Shown here: positions 43,286-53,700 of the stretch, piece after piece
Layout: each line of letters opens with the position of its first letter
Position numbering within the stretch: the first letter of the stretch is position 1
Source: TPA_inf: Saccharomyces
Lineage: Eukaryota
DNA: 64,000 nt
Assembly (NCBI GenBank): GCA_000146045.2
Contig: BK006943.2
Span: 640,001 to 704,000, forward strand
Direction: 5' to 3'
The notes under the pieces: generated by a model
Told to the model about the DNA's origin: nothing
What the model saw: only the letters and a program-made list of their open reading frames with translations
Databases searched by the model: none
Made by a program: the position numbers and the translations under genes

Positions 43286-43583
43286 TCGCCAATCTTTTGT
43301 TTTTCTCTGGTTCCCGTTCCCTACTGTTACTTTATTAGTATATAAGGGATCTGAATAAATATCAAGACGATGGAAAAAAAATAACAAGCAAAGGAACCTT
43401 TCTATATCCCAATTTTATTTCACATTAAAAACTATCGTCTTCCAACACTTTATATAACTGCTTGCAGCGGCCAGTAATTCGTCGCATCTCCATGACTCAA
43501 ATTTTCCAGTGTCTCTTAGCAGTTAAACCATTCCTGCCTCTGTGTGGTGGTAATTGTGGCATTATGAGTTAAGAGATAATACG

Positions 43584-43637
43584 CACGTGATGAAATTCAT
43601 TCTGTGAAATATCACGTGGACAAATTATATTACCCGG
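43584..43637. promoter_or_regulatory. MET5 promoter cluster: two CACGTGA Cbf1 E-boxes (about 43584-43589 and 43613-43618) plus a TTACCCGG Reb1 site (about 43630-43637)
   Basis: The 5'-TCACGTGA-3' Cbf1/Met4-Met28 element is the hallmark of MET regulon promoters (established knowledge). The sites lie about 300-350 bp upstream of the MET5 ATG. A CTGTGTGG/ATTGTGGC Met31/32-like core sits about 30 bp further. Confidence 0.55.
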
Positions 43638-44566
43638 ATTCATAAATCCACGTATTTTACCTGCATCTTTATTGAGTGCTTAGTAAAAGTCAGTTGGTGA
43701 AATTCCGCAGATAAAACAGCATATTAGTTGCCTGAAAATAGCCTTATGTGTTGGTTTGATACGTCTTTGTCATTATATACCCAAAGGTTTGTAGTTCATG
43801 TTGCGGGTTGGTATGAATAAATTTTTCGTATTTAGTGATTATAATACTTATTACCCATTTCGGCGGCTAATAAGGAATCTGCTAAGATAGGTAAATGTAC
43901 AATACCATCAATGGCTTCTAAAAGTTTTCAAAGAAGTGGGATAAGGGATGAAAGTTGTGCGTGTGTTGGTTACTTAGGTTCTAATTTGGCTTCAATTTGA
44001 AGTGAGATGTTTTGTTTAACATTAGTTTCAAATTAACAGCTTTTGTGAGAAAATATATTTTGGATGAATAGCAGAAAATAGAAATCTGGAAATAAACAAA
44101 ACAGAGCCAAAATTCTAAGCTTAATAACATGAATATTTGTTTATCTAGCATCTTGTTCCTCCCACTCTTTTTCCGAAAATATGGCTAGCCAACTTAGGTG
44201 AATGGGGAAGGGTACTAGATTCATTCATTTATTTCTATTCAAGGACAAGAACTTTTAACATAGTAAGACCTTTATGTTAGTTTGGTGCGGCTGACAAATT
44301 CATAGCTAATGTGCTAGAGCTCTTATATTGGTAATTACTAATCCTTCATTGCTATTATGACTATCACATTATAAGGTAATGAAAAATTAAATCATTGTGT
44401 ACGGATTAAGTCCTTTCTCTAAAAGAGATCACGTGACTATTTGAATCACTATCTATGTTAATCATTATTGTTTAAAAGATAGTAAGTGACAGAACAACGA
44501 ATTGTTTCTGTAACTACTTTTTAAGCAGGGAAATAACTCAGCACTGACAAGGGACACTTTTTAAGG

Positions 44567-47500
44567 ATGTTCGCTAAATTGCATGGGAAGAAACAAAGAC
44601 CAATTTCTTCCATCAATTCACAAACTCCAAGGACTAGCAATACTACTCACGCAAATAGCATATCCTTATCATCGGGTAATTTGATAGTAGGTTCCAATAG
44701 AAATTTAAGACAAAAGAAAGAGCAGTTTGGTTCTCAACAAAGGGCTTCCGGCAGAAAGCTGATTTCAAATAAGGAAAATGACGATAACGTCAACAATGGT
44801 GGTGACAACAATTATGACAATGGGGAACGGGTCCATCGCCATCATATTCCAGGACTGAAAATAAAGGCGTATCAAGCTGAATTAGGCTATCATGAGTCCC
44901 GATTTTCCGAGAATTTAGTGATGCTAAATCTAGTTGAGTTCCCGGATATAAAACCTGGTGATTTGGTAGAATTGAAAACATATCACAAAAATCCATCTGC
45001 ATCGAACGGAGATAAGAAAATTTATTTTATTGCAAAAGATTTTGACGGAGAGACTAAAAGAAGGGCAAAAACATCTAATGTTTCAATACTTTCGGGTCAA
45101 CTGCAAACTTTGTTAGATTTGCCTTCTAGGTCTAGGATATGGATAAAATTGAAACCAAACAAATTTGACTTACAGGCAGATGTGGTAGAGTTTAATATCA
45201 AAGATTGCCTACTAAATAGAGGTGATATGTGGGTTCTATCATCTAAGCTGGTAGATACATGTGTGTTTATGGATCAAAGACTGGCATTCTTAGACTCTAT
45301 CAGAGGTACTATTAAGGGAATTTATCGAAATGGTAAGAAGATTGTTTCTGGATATATTGGCGAACAAACAAGGATAATTTTTCGGTCCGAATCTGCCAGA
45401 TTAATTTTTTTGATTCAAATAACTGATGAAATGTGGAACTTCGAAGAAACTGGTGAACAATTATTTCAAAAGATGGTTAATTCATTTTTCCCGAAGATCT
45501 TCAAAAAATGGAAAGATGTGGACACCCACCATACTATCACTATAGCCTTCGCTATATCAATGGACTTGTCTGATACATCATTCAAGGACTTAACACCCGG
45601 CGAATCTTTGAAAAATTCACAGGATTATTTTAGGATAGTTGTAGATCAAGTCAGTATTATCCATTGGGTTGATATTATGGAAACATTAAGAGAAGAATTT
45701 ATGGAAATCAGAAAAGATTTATTAAACAAGCAAACGGATAAGGGTTACAGTGTAGCGAATGGAAGATTTTCACCTGTAATCAAGTCGAATTTTCTCGAAT
45801 TGGTCAATTTTGCCACGACAATTTTAACGGATCCTTTCAAGCAATTAGATCTTCGACACACTACAACGCACGTCATGATTATTTCACCAGGGTCTGGATT
45901 ATTTGACGTTGATTATAGTTTATTAAGGCTAACAGGAAAAAAACTACTCTCTCTTGAAATGACGATGGATTTAATATGTCTTTCAAAAGCTCCATTGCAC
46001 ATAGTTCCACTTTTTAGGTACCGAGACTTTGAGAACAAGCTTCATCATTGTGTACCGCTTTGGTTAAGTGTTTTCTTTTGGAATGATCATGACAAAAAGA
46101 GTAACTCAGAATGGACTCCAAGATGTAAAATTTATGACTTACAAATGATGGGGATTACTGAAAATGAGTTAATTCGGGAAGTGGATGTTGAATATTTACA
46201 GCTGAACAAGAAAGTCAAATCACTATCCGAGTTTATGAATGATTACGACAAAAATGCCTTCGAGGTGAAAATTTTATGCGCTGGCTCTAATACGAAACAA
46301 TCTAAGAAATTAAATTCAAAGTTTGATACCGTCTTCGAGAATGATGTTGTTGTGAAGGCAAGGAAAATCCCGGCAACAGCAACAACAACACACGGTAACA
46401 CAAAATTCATATGGAGAGGTCCAAAAGTTGCTCTCCCAGCCATTAAGGATATTCAAAAACCAAACGTAATACCAGATCTATCAATAAAAACAATAGAGGC
46501 CTCTTTTTATGATGATTGTAATACTACAAATGATAAAATTAGCACTCCCACCACTTCTAACAATGACAATCTCGAAATGAATGACTCATTGGTCTCTGTG
46601 AGATCTGCTGATAACCAAAACACATCTTTGGCGCTGGATTCGCTCAAAGGACTAAGCAAAAGGAACTCATTGAAAGATTTTACTCAAAGAGTAATTACAA
46701 AATTTATTTCGAACATAGACACAAGTAAAAATAAAAAAATAAAGTCAACATTACTCAGAGATGATGTGGATAACTCACCTTTAGGTTCAAATACACCACT
46801 ACCATCTTCTGAAAGTAAAATAAGTGGCCTGAAATTACAACAAAAAGGCCTGGCAGATGAAAACGTTATCAGTAAACGTGGAAATTTGATAATAAAGAAA
46901 AACCTATCCATTTTTGGGCTACCTAGTAATGAAATCATGAGTGGTTCACCCTCCTCATATTTAGGCTCATCACATACCAGAACATCCTCTAAACTTTCTA
47001 ATATGTCAGACAAGGCTGCTTTCATTACAGAAGGGCAAAAATCAAAACATGATGACTCGAACACTTATAGCCTCACACAGCAATTGAAACATCGTATAAG
47101 TGAAACTTGGGTGGATATTAAAAGTCCTTCCATTCCGGTAAGTAGTGAATTTGCCAACGAATTATTGCCTATACGTTGGAAAGATGTATGGCCAAAATAT
47201 GTGGCCAGAAAATATAGTAAATGGAGGTCTTTTACAACCCCAGCAGAGTTACCAATCACAATTTCTGATTTTCCATCCAAGGATGATTTTGATAGGAACT
47301 TCATCTTCAGAAATCACTCAGTGACTTTAAACACAGATCAAGAACAATATAATCAGACATACAAAGACTTACTTCGTGATATGATTTATATGCGACTGTT
47401 AACTGGTTTTCAAATCTGCGTGGGCCGACAAGTAGAAAAAATAGAACTTTCTAGGGAAAGTGGTGAAAGTGAAACTGTAGTCAACAAGTATTTAGATTTC

Positions 47501-49321
47501 AATCAAAATGATGCGTTCAAACTTTATCTAATGATCGACTCTGAAATACACAGAATAACATGCTCGTCAAGTGGAATTATTGATGTGGAGAGGTATTTGA
47601 GAAAAGATGAAGCAAACTTGTTTGATCAGGTTCCTAGTTATATTCCGTTGGTTAAAACGAGATACGAGAGCTCATTTCGTGATGCTATGATTGACCCACT
47701 TCATGTTAAAAGAGAATCTTTGAACTGGAATCAAATTGATCAGGTTCTAGCAGGTTATGGCGATAACTTAATAGATAGGAAATGGCACGGATTTCGAGCT
47801 AAATATGTGGTGTTACCAACAGATATCCCTCCCAACACATATTCTATGGTTATCAATGGTAAAAGCGAAACTTTAAACCCAGAAGAAATCAGAGTCGAGG
47901 GTTTGAGAAGATTAATTGGCTCAATAACGAGGTCAAGACTAAGAACAGAGAAAGAAAAAAAAGGAAGAAAAACTAAGAGAGAAGAAATACAGCCTGAAGT
48001 TATGTTTTACACCGGCCCGCTTTACAACTTCATTAATGAGCAACAAACATCTTTAGAAAGCTCGGCTATAAATTTTAAAGATTCAATTTTTGTTAATGAT
48101 AATAACCTTTTAAACAGAAATGTAGAACTATCCAAGTTGGCGTATCAAATTCAACGTGGCGAAGATCGCATTACTTTAGTCAACAGAAAATGGCACTGGA
48201 AAAAGCATGAAAAGTGTTTTGTTGGCTCGGAGATGGTTAATTGGCTCATAAGAAACTTCTCTGATATAGATACTCGAGAAGATGCAATTAAATATGGGCA
48301 GAAGGTGATGAAAGAGGGATTATTTGTTCACGTTTTAAATAAGCACAATTTTTTGGACGGGCACTACTTTTACCAGTTCTCACCTGAATACGTAATGGAC
48401 ACTAATAAACTAGAAAAAACAAACTCCCATCGCTCTACATTATCCGATCCAAAGCAGATGTTGAGAAAAGCATCCACTGGTAGCTCAAACGATCCAAGCG
48501 CTATGACTCCTTTTTCTTCAGTAGTACCTGCTATAAGCGCTTCGAATGCTTCAGTTGCTGACGCCAAAGAGCCATCACGCCCTATTTTAATGCTGAGTAA
48601 CTCTCTTGTTATCGATGTTGATCCCGCGGGAAAATCCTCGAAACAAGAATCGTGTACAGTCCATTATGACAGAGTTCATAACCCCGACCACTGTTTTCAC
48701 ATAAGATTGGAATGGTTGACTACCACCCCAAAATTGATCGATGATTTGGTTGGGAACTGGTCAAGGTTATGCGAAAGGTACGGTTTGAAAATGATTGAAA
48801 TTCCTTGGGAAGAACTTTGTACTATCCCTTCGGTCAATCCATTTCACTCTTTTGTGGAAATTAAGTTAGCTATCAATCCTTGGGAAGATCCTGAGTTCAA
48901 GGATAGGGAGCTTTTCGCTAAAAGCAAATTCTACTACCACGTTTATCTTTTAAAGGCATCTGGGTTTTTATTAGACAATAGGGCATCCAAATTTTTACAA
49001 AATCAAGATATAGAGTTTGACATCATGTATTCATGGGGCAAACCACAGTTCAAATATGTTCAATATATTCATCATACGGGTGCTTACGTCGCGGAATTGA
49101 GGGAAAATGGCTGCCTATTTTTAGCTCCTAACAACATTTATATATCCAGAGTGAATCCGGGAAACATAATCGGGAAAATTCATTCTGCTTCAAGCTCTTC
49201 ATTAGATGCTCAAAAAGTGATCCTAAATTTCAAATCAACTTGCTTGGACTATCAGAAGTTAAGGTCAATTTTCCTTGACGCAAAGGAAATGTGGATTACA
49301 GGAAAGATTGTAGAAGATTGA
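44567..49321 (+). CDS. IML1: SEACIT/GATOR1 subunit (DEPDC5 orthologue) with a DEP domain, 1584 aa
   Basis: Large protein with a C-terminal-half DEP domain (RKWHWKKHEKCFVGSEMVNWLIRNF...). ATG at 44567. Length matches Iml1. Confidence 0.85.
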   Translation: MFAKLHGKKQRPISSINSQTPRTSNTTHANSISLSSGNLIVGSNRNLRQKKEQFGSQQRASGRKLISNKENDDNVNNGGDNNYDNGERVHRHHIPGLKIKAYQAELGYHESRFSENLVMLNLVEFPDIKPGDLVELKTYHKNPSASNGDKKIYFIAKDFDGETKRRAKTSNVSILSGQLQTLLDLPSRSRIWIKLKPNKFDLQADVVEFNIKDCLLNRGDMWVLSSKLVDTCVFMDQRLAFLDSIRGTIKGIYRNGKKIVSGYIGEQTRIIFRSESARLIFLIQITDEMWNFEETGEQLFQKMVNSFFPKIFKKWKDVDTHHTITIAFAISMDLSDTSFKDLTPGESLKNSQDYFRIVVDQVSIIHWVDIMETLREEFMEIRKDLLNKQTDKGYSVANGRFSPVIKSNFLELVNFATTILTDPFKQLDLRHTTTHVMIISPGSGLFDVDYSLLRLTGKKLLSLEMTMDLICLSKAPLHIVPLFRYRDFENKLHHCVPLWLSVFFWNDHDKKSNSEWTPRCKIYDLQMMGITENELIREVDVEYLQLNKKVKSLSEFMNDYDKNAFEVKILCAGSNTKQSKKLNSKFDTVFENDVVVKARKIPATATTTHGNTKFIWRGPKVALPAIKDIQKPNVIPDLSIKTIEASFYDDCNTTNDKISTPTTSNNDNLEMNDSLVSVRSADNQNTSLALDSLKGLSKRNSLKDFTQRVITKFISNIDTSKNKKIKSTLLRDDVDNSPLGSNTPLPSSESKISGLKLQQKGLADENVISKRGNLIIKKNLSIFGLPSNEIMSGSPSSYLGSSHTRTSSKLSNMSDKAAFITEGQKSKHDDSNTYSLTQQLKHRISETWVDIKSPSIPVSSEFANELLPIRWKDVWPKYVARKYSKWRSFTTPAELPITISDFPSKDDFDRNFIFRNHSVTLNTDQEQYNQTYKDLLRDMIYMRLLTGFQICVGRQVEKIELSRESGESETVVNKYLDFNQNDAFKLYLMIDSEIHRITCSSSGIIDVERYLRKDEANLFDQVPSYIPLVKTRYESSFRDAMIDPLHVKRESLNWNQIDQVLAGYGDNLIDRKWHGFRAKYVVLPTDIPPNTYSMVINGKSETLNPEEIRVEGLRRLIGSITRSRLRTEKEKKGRKTKREEIQPEVMFYTGPLYNFINEQQTSLESSAINFKDSIFVNDNNLLNRNVELSKLAYQIQRGEDRITLVNRKWHWKKHEKCFVGSEMVNWLIRNFSDIDTREDAIKYGQKVMKEGLFVHVLNKHNFLDGHYFYQFSPEYVMDTNKLEKTNSHRSTLSDPKQMLRKASTGSSNDPSAMTPFSSVVPAISASNASVADAKEPSRPILMLSNSLVIDVDPAGKSSKQESCTVHYDRVHNPDHCFHIRLEWLTTTPKLIDDLVGNWSRLCERYGLKMIEIPWEELCTIPSVNPFHSFVEIKLAINPWEDPEFKDRELFAKSKFYYHVYLLKASGFLLDNRASKFLQNQDIEFDIMYSWGKPQFKYVQYIHHTGAYVAELRENGCLFLAPNNIYISRVNPGNIIGKIHSASSSSLDAQKVILNFKSTCLDYQKLRSIFLDAKEMWITGKIVED

Positions 49322-49444
49322 GTAGCCCCATGACATGGATGAGTTTCTTCACAAAGTAAATAATATTCGAACGTGGATAGTAAAGCATAATGTTATCTAT
49401 TTATATATAAATATACCTATGTTTTTATATGTCTGTTTACTGAT

Positions 49445-50524
49445 CTAAAGTCTTTGAGCAATCTTGATAACATCACCCAAAACACCAGCGGCAGTAACGG
49501 CAGCACCGGCACCGGCACCTTGAATGACAACAGGATTGGTGTAACGCTTAGTCTTGATGGAAATAACGTTATCTGATCCCTTCAATGATGCGAATGGGTG
49601 TGAGTAATCGTACTTTTCAATTCCTACAGACACAGATTTGGTGGCAACATCGACTTTACCAATGAATCTCAATACCTTATTTTCAGTGGCAGCTTCCTTC
49701 TTCAATTGAGTCAAATCTTTATCGTAATCAGATAATTTTTCCAAGAATTCATCAGCAGACTTGACAGATTCCAATGGTTTTGGAATCAAAGACTGGACAG
49801 GGAAGGAAGTTGGAGATTCAACTTCCACACCAGATATCCTACCAACAATGGTAACCTTTCTAGCAACATCCAACCCATTCAAATCATCTCTTGGATCTGG
49901 TTCAGTATAACCCAATTTTTTAGCAACTTTGACAACATCAGAGAATTTGACGTCGTTAGCTTGACTAGTGGAGAACTCGTTGAAAATATAAGATAGAGTA
50001 CCAGAGAAGATACCTTCAATTTTTTCAACTTCGTCACCGGTTTGAATAATTTCTCTTAAGAAACTGATGATAGGCAAACCAGCACCGACGGTAGCTTCAT
50101 GATAGACAAAACCGTTAGTTGGCTTATTTGAGAAAAGAGCCTTCCAGGTAGCCAAATCAGAGGAAAAGGCCTTCTTGTTTGGAGTAGCAATGGAAATACC
50201 ATTTTCGACAAACTTAGTGTAAAAACCAGCAATGTAAGCGCTGGAAGTGTTATCAACCAAAATGACTGGCTTAGGTGAAGTCTTCAAATGAGCAATTAAA
50301 TCATCCAAAGGCAACGTTTTAGTAGTGGAGGCTGCTAAAGCAGCCTTCCAATCAGAACCAACATTTAATGGAGAAAAGTCCTTGGAGATTAAAGAACGCT
50401 CAGCTTCAGCCAAAAGAACTAGATTGTAAGTAATGGTAGACTTCATGGCTAACAATTGATCCAAGAAAGCTGAACCAACAACACCGGCACCGATAACGGC
50501 AACATTAACAACTTTAGTGCTCAT
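49445..50524 (-). CDS. HOM6: Homoserine dehydrogenase, 359 aa
   Basis: N-terminal Rossmann motif VAVIGAGVVGSAF and a conserved HSDH catalytic domain. Confidence 0.95.
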   Translation of the reverse strand: MSTKVVNVAVIGAGVVGSAFLDQLLAMKSTITYNLVLLAEAERSLISKDFSPLNVGSDWKAALAASTTKTLPLDDLIAHLKTSPKPVILVDNTSSAYIAGFYTKFVENGISIATPNKKAFSSDLATWKALFSNKPTNGFVYHEATVGAGLPIISFLREIIQTGDEVEKIEGIFSGTLSYIFNEFSTSQANDVKFSDVVKVAKKLGYTEPDPRDDLNGLDVARKVTIVGRISGVEVESPTSFPVQSLIPKPLESVKSADEFLEKLSDYDKDLTQLKKEAATENKVLRFIGKVDVATKSVSVGIEKYDYSHPFASLKGSDNVISIKTKRYTNPVVIQGAGAGAAVTAAGVLGDVIKIAQRL

Positions 50525-50749
50525 TTTTTTTTTATTATTCGATTGATGATACTATCTACGTTCTTAAAACAGTCCTGAGTACACACACAGAAGATTTAGC
50601 TTCAACAAATTGTCTATCGCTAACCGCAATATTTACATATTCTTTATACATTTCTGTTCCATTCAACCCAACTTTACCACCAGGGCACACTTCTTCCAAA
50701 ATATGGTCATCAACACACCCGTACACCACCATGTGCGTTATTGAAAAAC

Positions 50750-53700
50750 TCACGTGATCTTATCCACTAATAGCCTCACTCTATCGAAGACTTCCTTCTT
50801 TGTAACACGTTTCTTAATTGCACTTGGCTTAGAAGTAGGGTCTGGAGTGCTTTTTGATGTCACAGAACCTGATGACGGTAGTGCTGGATTGTTTTCATCG
50901 TTCACGTCTGTGAGGGATTGATCCTGTCGAGCTAGAGGAAAATAGAGATACTCGAAATAAATGCCCAAGCAAACGCTGTCAAATGCAATTCCGCTATGTC
51001 CCTTTTTCAACTGGAAAGCAAGTTTTAACCCGGATGATATTTCTTCAGGGTACTTTCCTTGGTCGAAAACTTGGTTCAGTTGCTCACTAATCTTCAGGAA
51101 TTCTTGGTAGTTCAAGGTTGGAAGGATTTGCTCCACGTAGCTCTTGTCTTGCAATTGCAGCTTGATTTTGGCACTTTGCGTGTACACATTAATGGCACGC
51201 TCTAATAGTTCGTTTACGTTCACAGTTCCAGAACCAAATCGCCTTAGCTTTTTTATAACAAGACCTGTTGTATTGAAGTCTTTTATTGCGAAGAGTAAAT
51301 CCAAATACAAAACCAGGTACTGGTAAGTATAGATGAAATGTTTCCCTGGCCTTTCAAAATCTGGTTTCCATATATTGACCAAGTTTTTGTTTATACTTTT
51401 TGCGGATATTAAGCTATCCATCTCCTCCAAAGCACCGTTCACATCACCCAAATCGTCAAACAATATGCGCGCTATTCTGTAACGAGGTCTGTGCTGCCAT
51501 TTTTTTTTATCAACAGATAGTAAATGGCGAAGTAGTCTTATGATTTTGTCAAAAAAGAATTTTTCTTGATAATCCCATGCAAGACCTTCGTCGTTGACCC
51601 AAAATTCCTCTTGTTCCTGGAAGAATTGGTTATCTTTAGACAGTAAGGTCAGAGCTTCGTTAACACCTATGACGCCTCTTTTTACCCACTTGTAACAAGC
51701 ATTAACTAACAGATAATGGGGTTCTATGATCGGATCTTTAGCAGGTGATGACTCATAAGCTATTTGGCAACCCTGAGTAATATATTTGGCAACTAATTTA
51801 CAATTATTACCACCATCTGTTTTGAAAAAGAACTTGGCCAGATTGTAAAAACTAGACCAATTCAACACGAATACATCGTCCTGTGACTTGATATCGCCGG
51901 ATAAAGAACAAGCCCTATTAAAACATAAAAATATACTTTGCTCGATGTTAAAGTCTGAGATTGTGGTGATTTTCTTAGTTTTTTCCATTACTACTTCACC
52001 GGTTTCAGACAATCTCATTGTATTCTCAGCACTGCTTTTCCAGCTAAAACAAAGCTTATTCATGGGATTATAGTAGCCGCTAATCAGCATAGATCCTAAG
52101 TCATCCAATGCCTCCAATATAATCTTTTTATCGTCAATAGTTCGATCCAACTTACTATAATAAATGGAAATGGCCATTAAATAACACAATATTGCCTTTC
52201 TTTGAGTCAAAGCAATAACATCTTTTTTCTCAGGGACAGTGATCTTATCTGAGGTCCATATTAAATCATCTTCAACAATATAACTGTAACACTTTCCGAG
52301 TAATATCCAACTTTCGAAACGGTTTGTGTTGTATATAATGTCATTCTTTAACATTCTGATAATGGAGTCTAATTCAGAAGGTCTTGCTTGCATAGACTTC
52401 TTTCTCATTTTATACAAACCCAGGGACTGTAAGCTGGATACGTAGAACAAGCCGGCTGTCATGCCTTGCTGTAACTCGTCGTTTGGAGAAGTTAAATACA
52501 AACTTGTTGCACCAGAAAATGTATGCTTCAACAAGTCTGCCGTTATTGGCCTTGATAAATATTCATTTAATAGAAATGAGTTTCTAGATATGATATGATT
52601 GTCCAGCGTTGATGGGTCGCCAATTTTTTCTATAATATTATCCATTATCTGTTTTAGGGTGGTCTTTGACGACGACAGGTAAGGGTTCTTATTTTGATAC
52701 TGTAATTTGATTAGATATGTACCTAAAGGCAAAGAGTGTATCTTTTCCATCTCTACCGCTTTTGTATCATGCAGATCAGGACTGAAGTTATCACTAGCTA
52801 TCGCGTAGTGATATCTACACCACAGTATTTGCTTCAATTGTAAAAAAGAATCATTATTAATGAACTGGCACAATAGTTTTTCAGCTAAATCTAGGAACTT
52901 TCCATTTGATGCATCACAAAAATGGAAATGTCCAAAAAGAGTGTGTAAGGACCAAATTAGTTCCGTTGTTTCAATACCTTGTTCAGCAGGTGTCCTGAGC
53001 TTTGCTTGTAAATCATAATAATAAAGTATCAACGTCGCTAAATCTATCATTATATCCTTCATTTTCCCTGATGATTTCGATGCTCTTTTGAAAAAAGACT
53101 TATTAGAAACGTCGTTAACCGCAGAGCTTTCATAGAAAAGGACAGTATAAAAGAAGAAGAATGTTTGCAGCAGCTTTTCAAACATATAGTCCTCCAAGAC
53201 AAAATCGCTGCTTTCCCACCTATTTGAATTTAGTATCGCTGTCAGTTGGCTTGAGAGATAGCCAATTGCTGTCAACACTGTTAATAACATTTGGTGCCTT
53301 CCGTGTGGGTTCGATTCTTTGTAGACAGGTGACGTCAATGCGCCCTTCATAAAATCAAGTACGTGGAAATAAATTCTTTGAACATCCTGTATACTGGATT
53401 TTTTGACATATGACGAAAAGAGAACGCCCCAAAGTCTAATTTTCAATAAAAATGGTGAGTTGAAAATAAAGGAAACCATCTCCTCATCAATATTTGAATG
53501 ATTAGTCGAAGGGTGTAATATATGTAAAAGGACTTTTTCTAGTGTCTCTAGATGATTTTCTGAATGAGTGTCAGAGTTCGTGTCTTCAGATATATCTTCG
53601 ACTGTTATGTTTTGTATTATTCTTATTTTCCTTTTCTGGGATTGAACTGTGTTTAGGTTTAGTGCCGGTATATGACGGTAATTCGGATAGGCAATGTCTA

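Noticed and set aside
43640-44560. Hidden gene or tRNA in the 1.2-kb MET5-IML1 divergent intergenic region
   Set aside because: No ORF longer than 60 aa, no tRNA box A/B pairs and no structured repeat. It is consistent with two divergent promoters.
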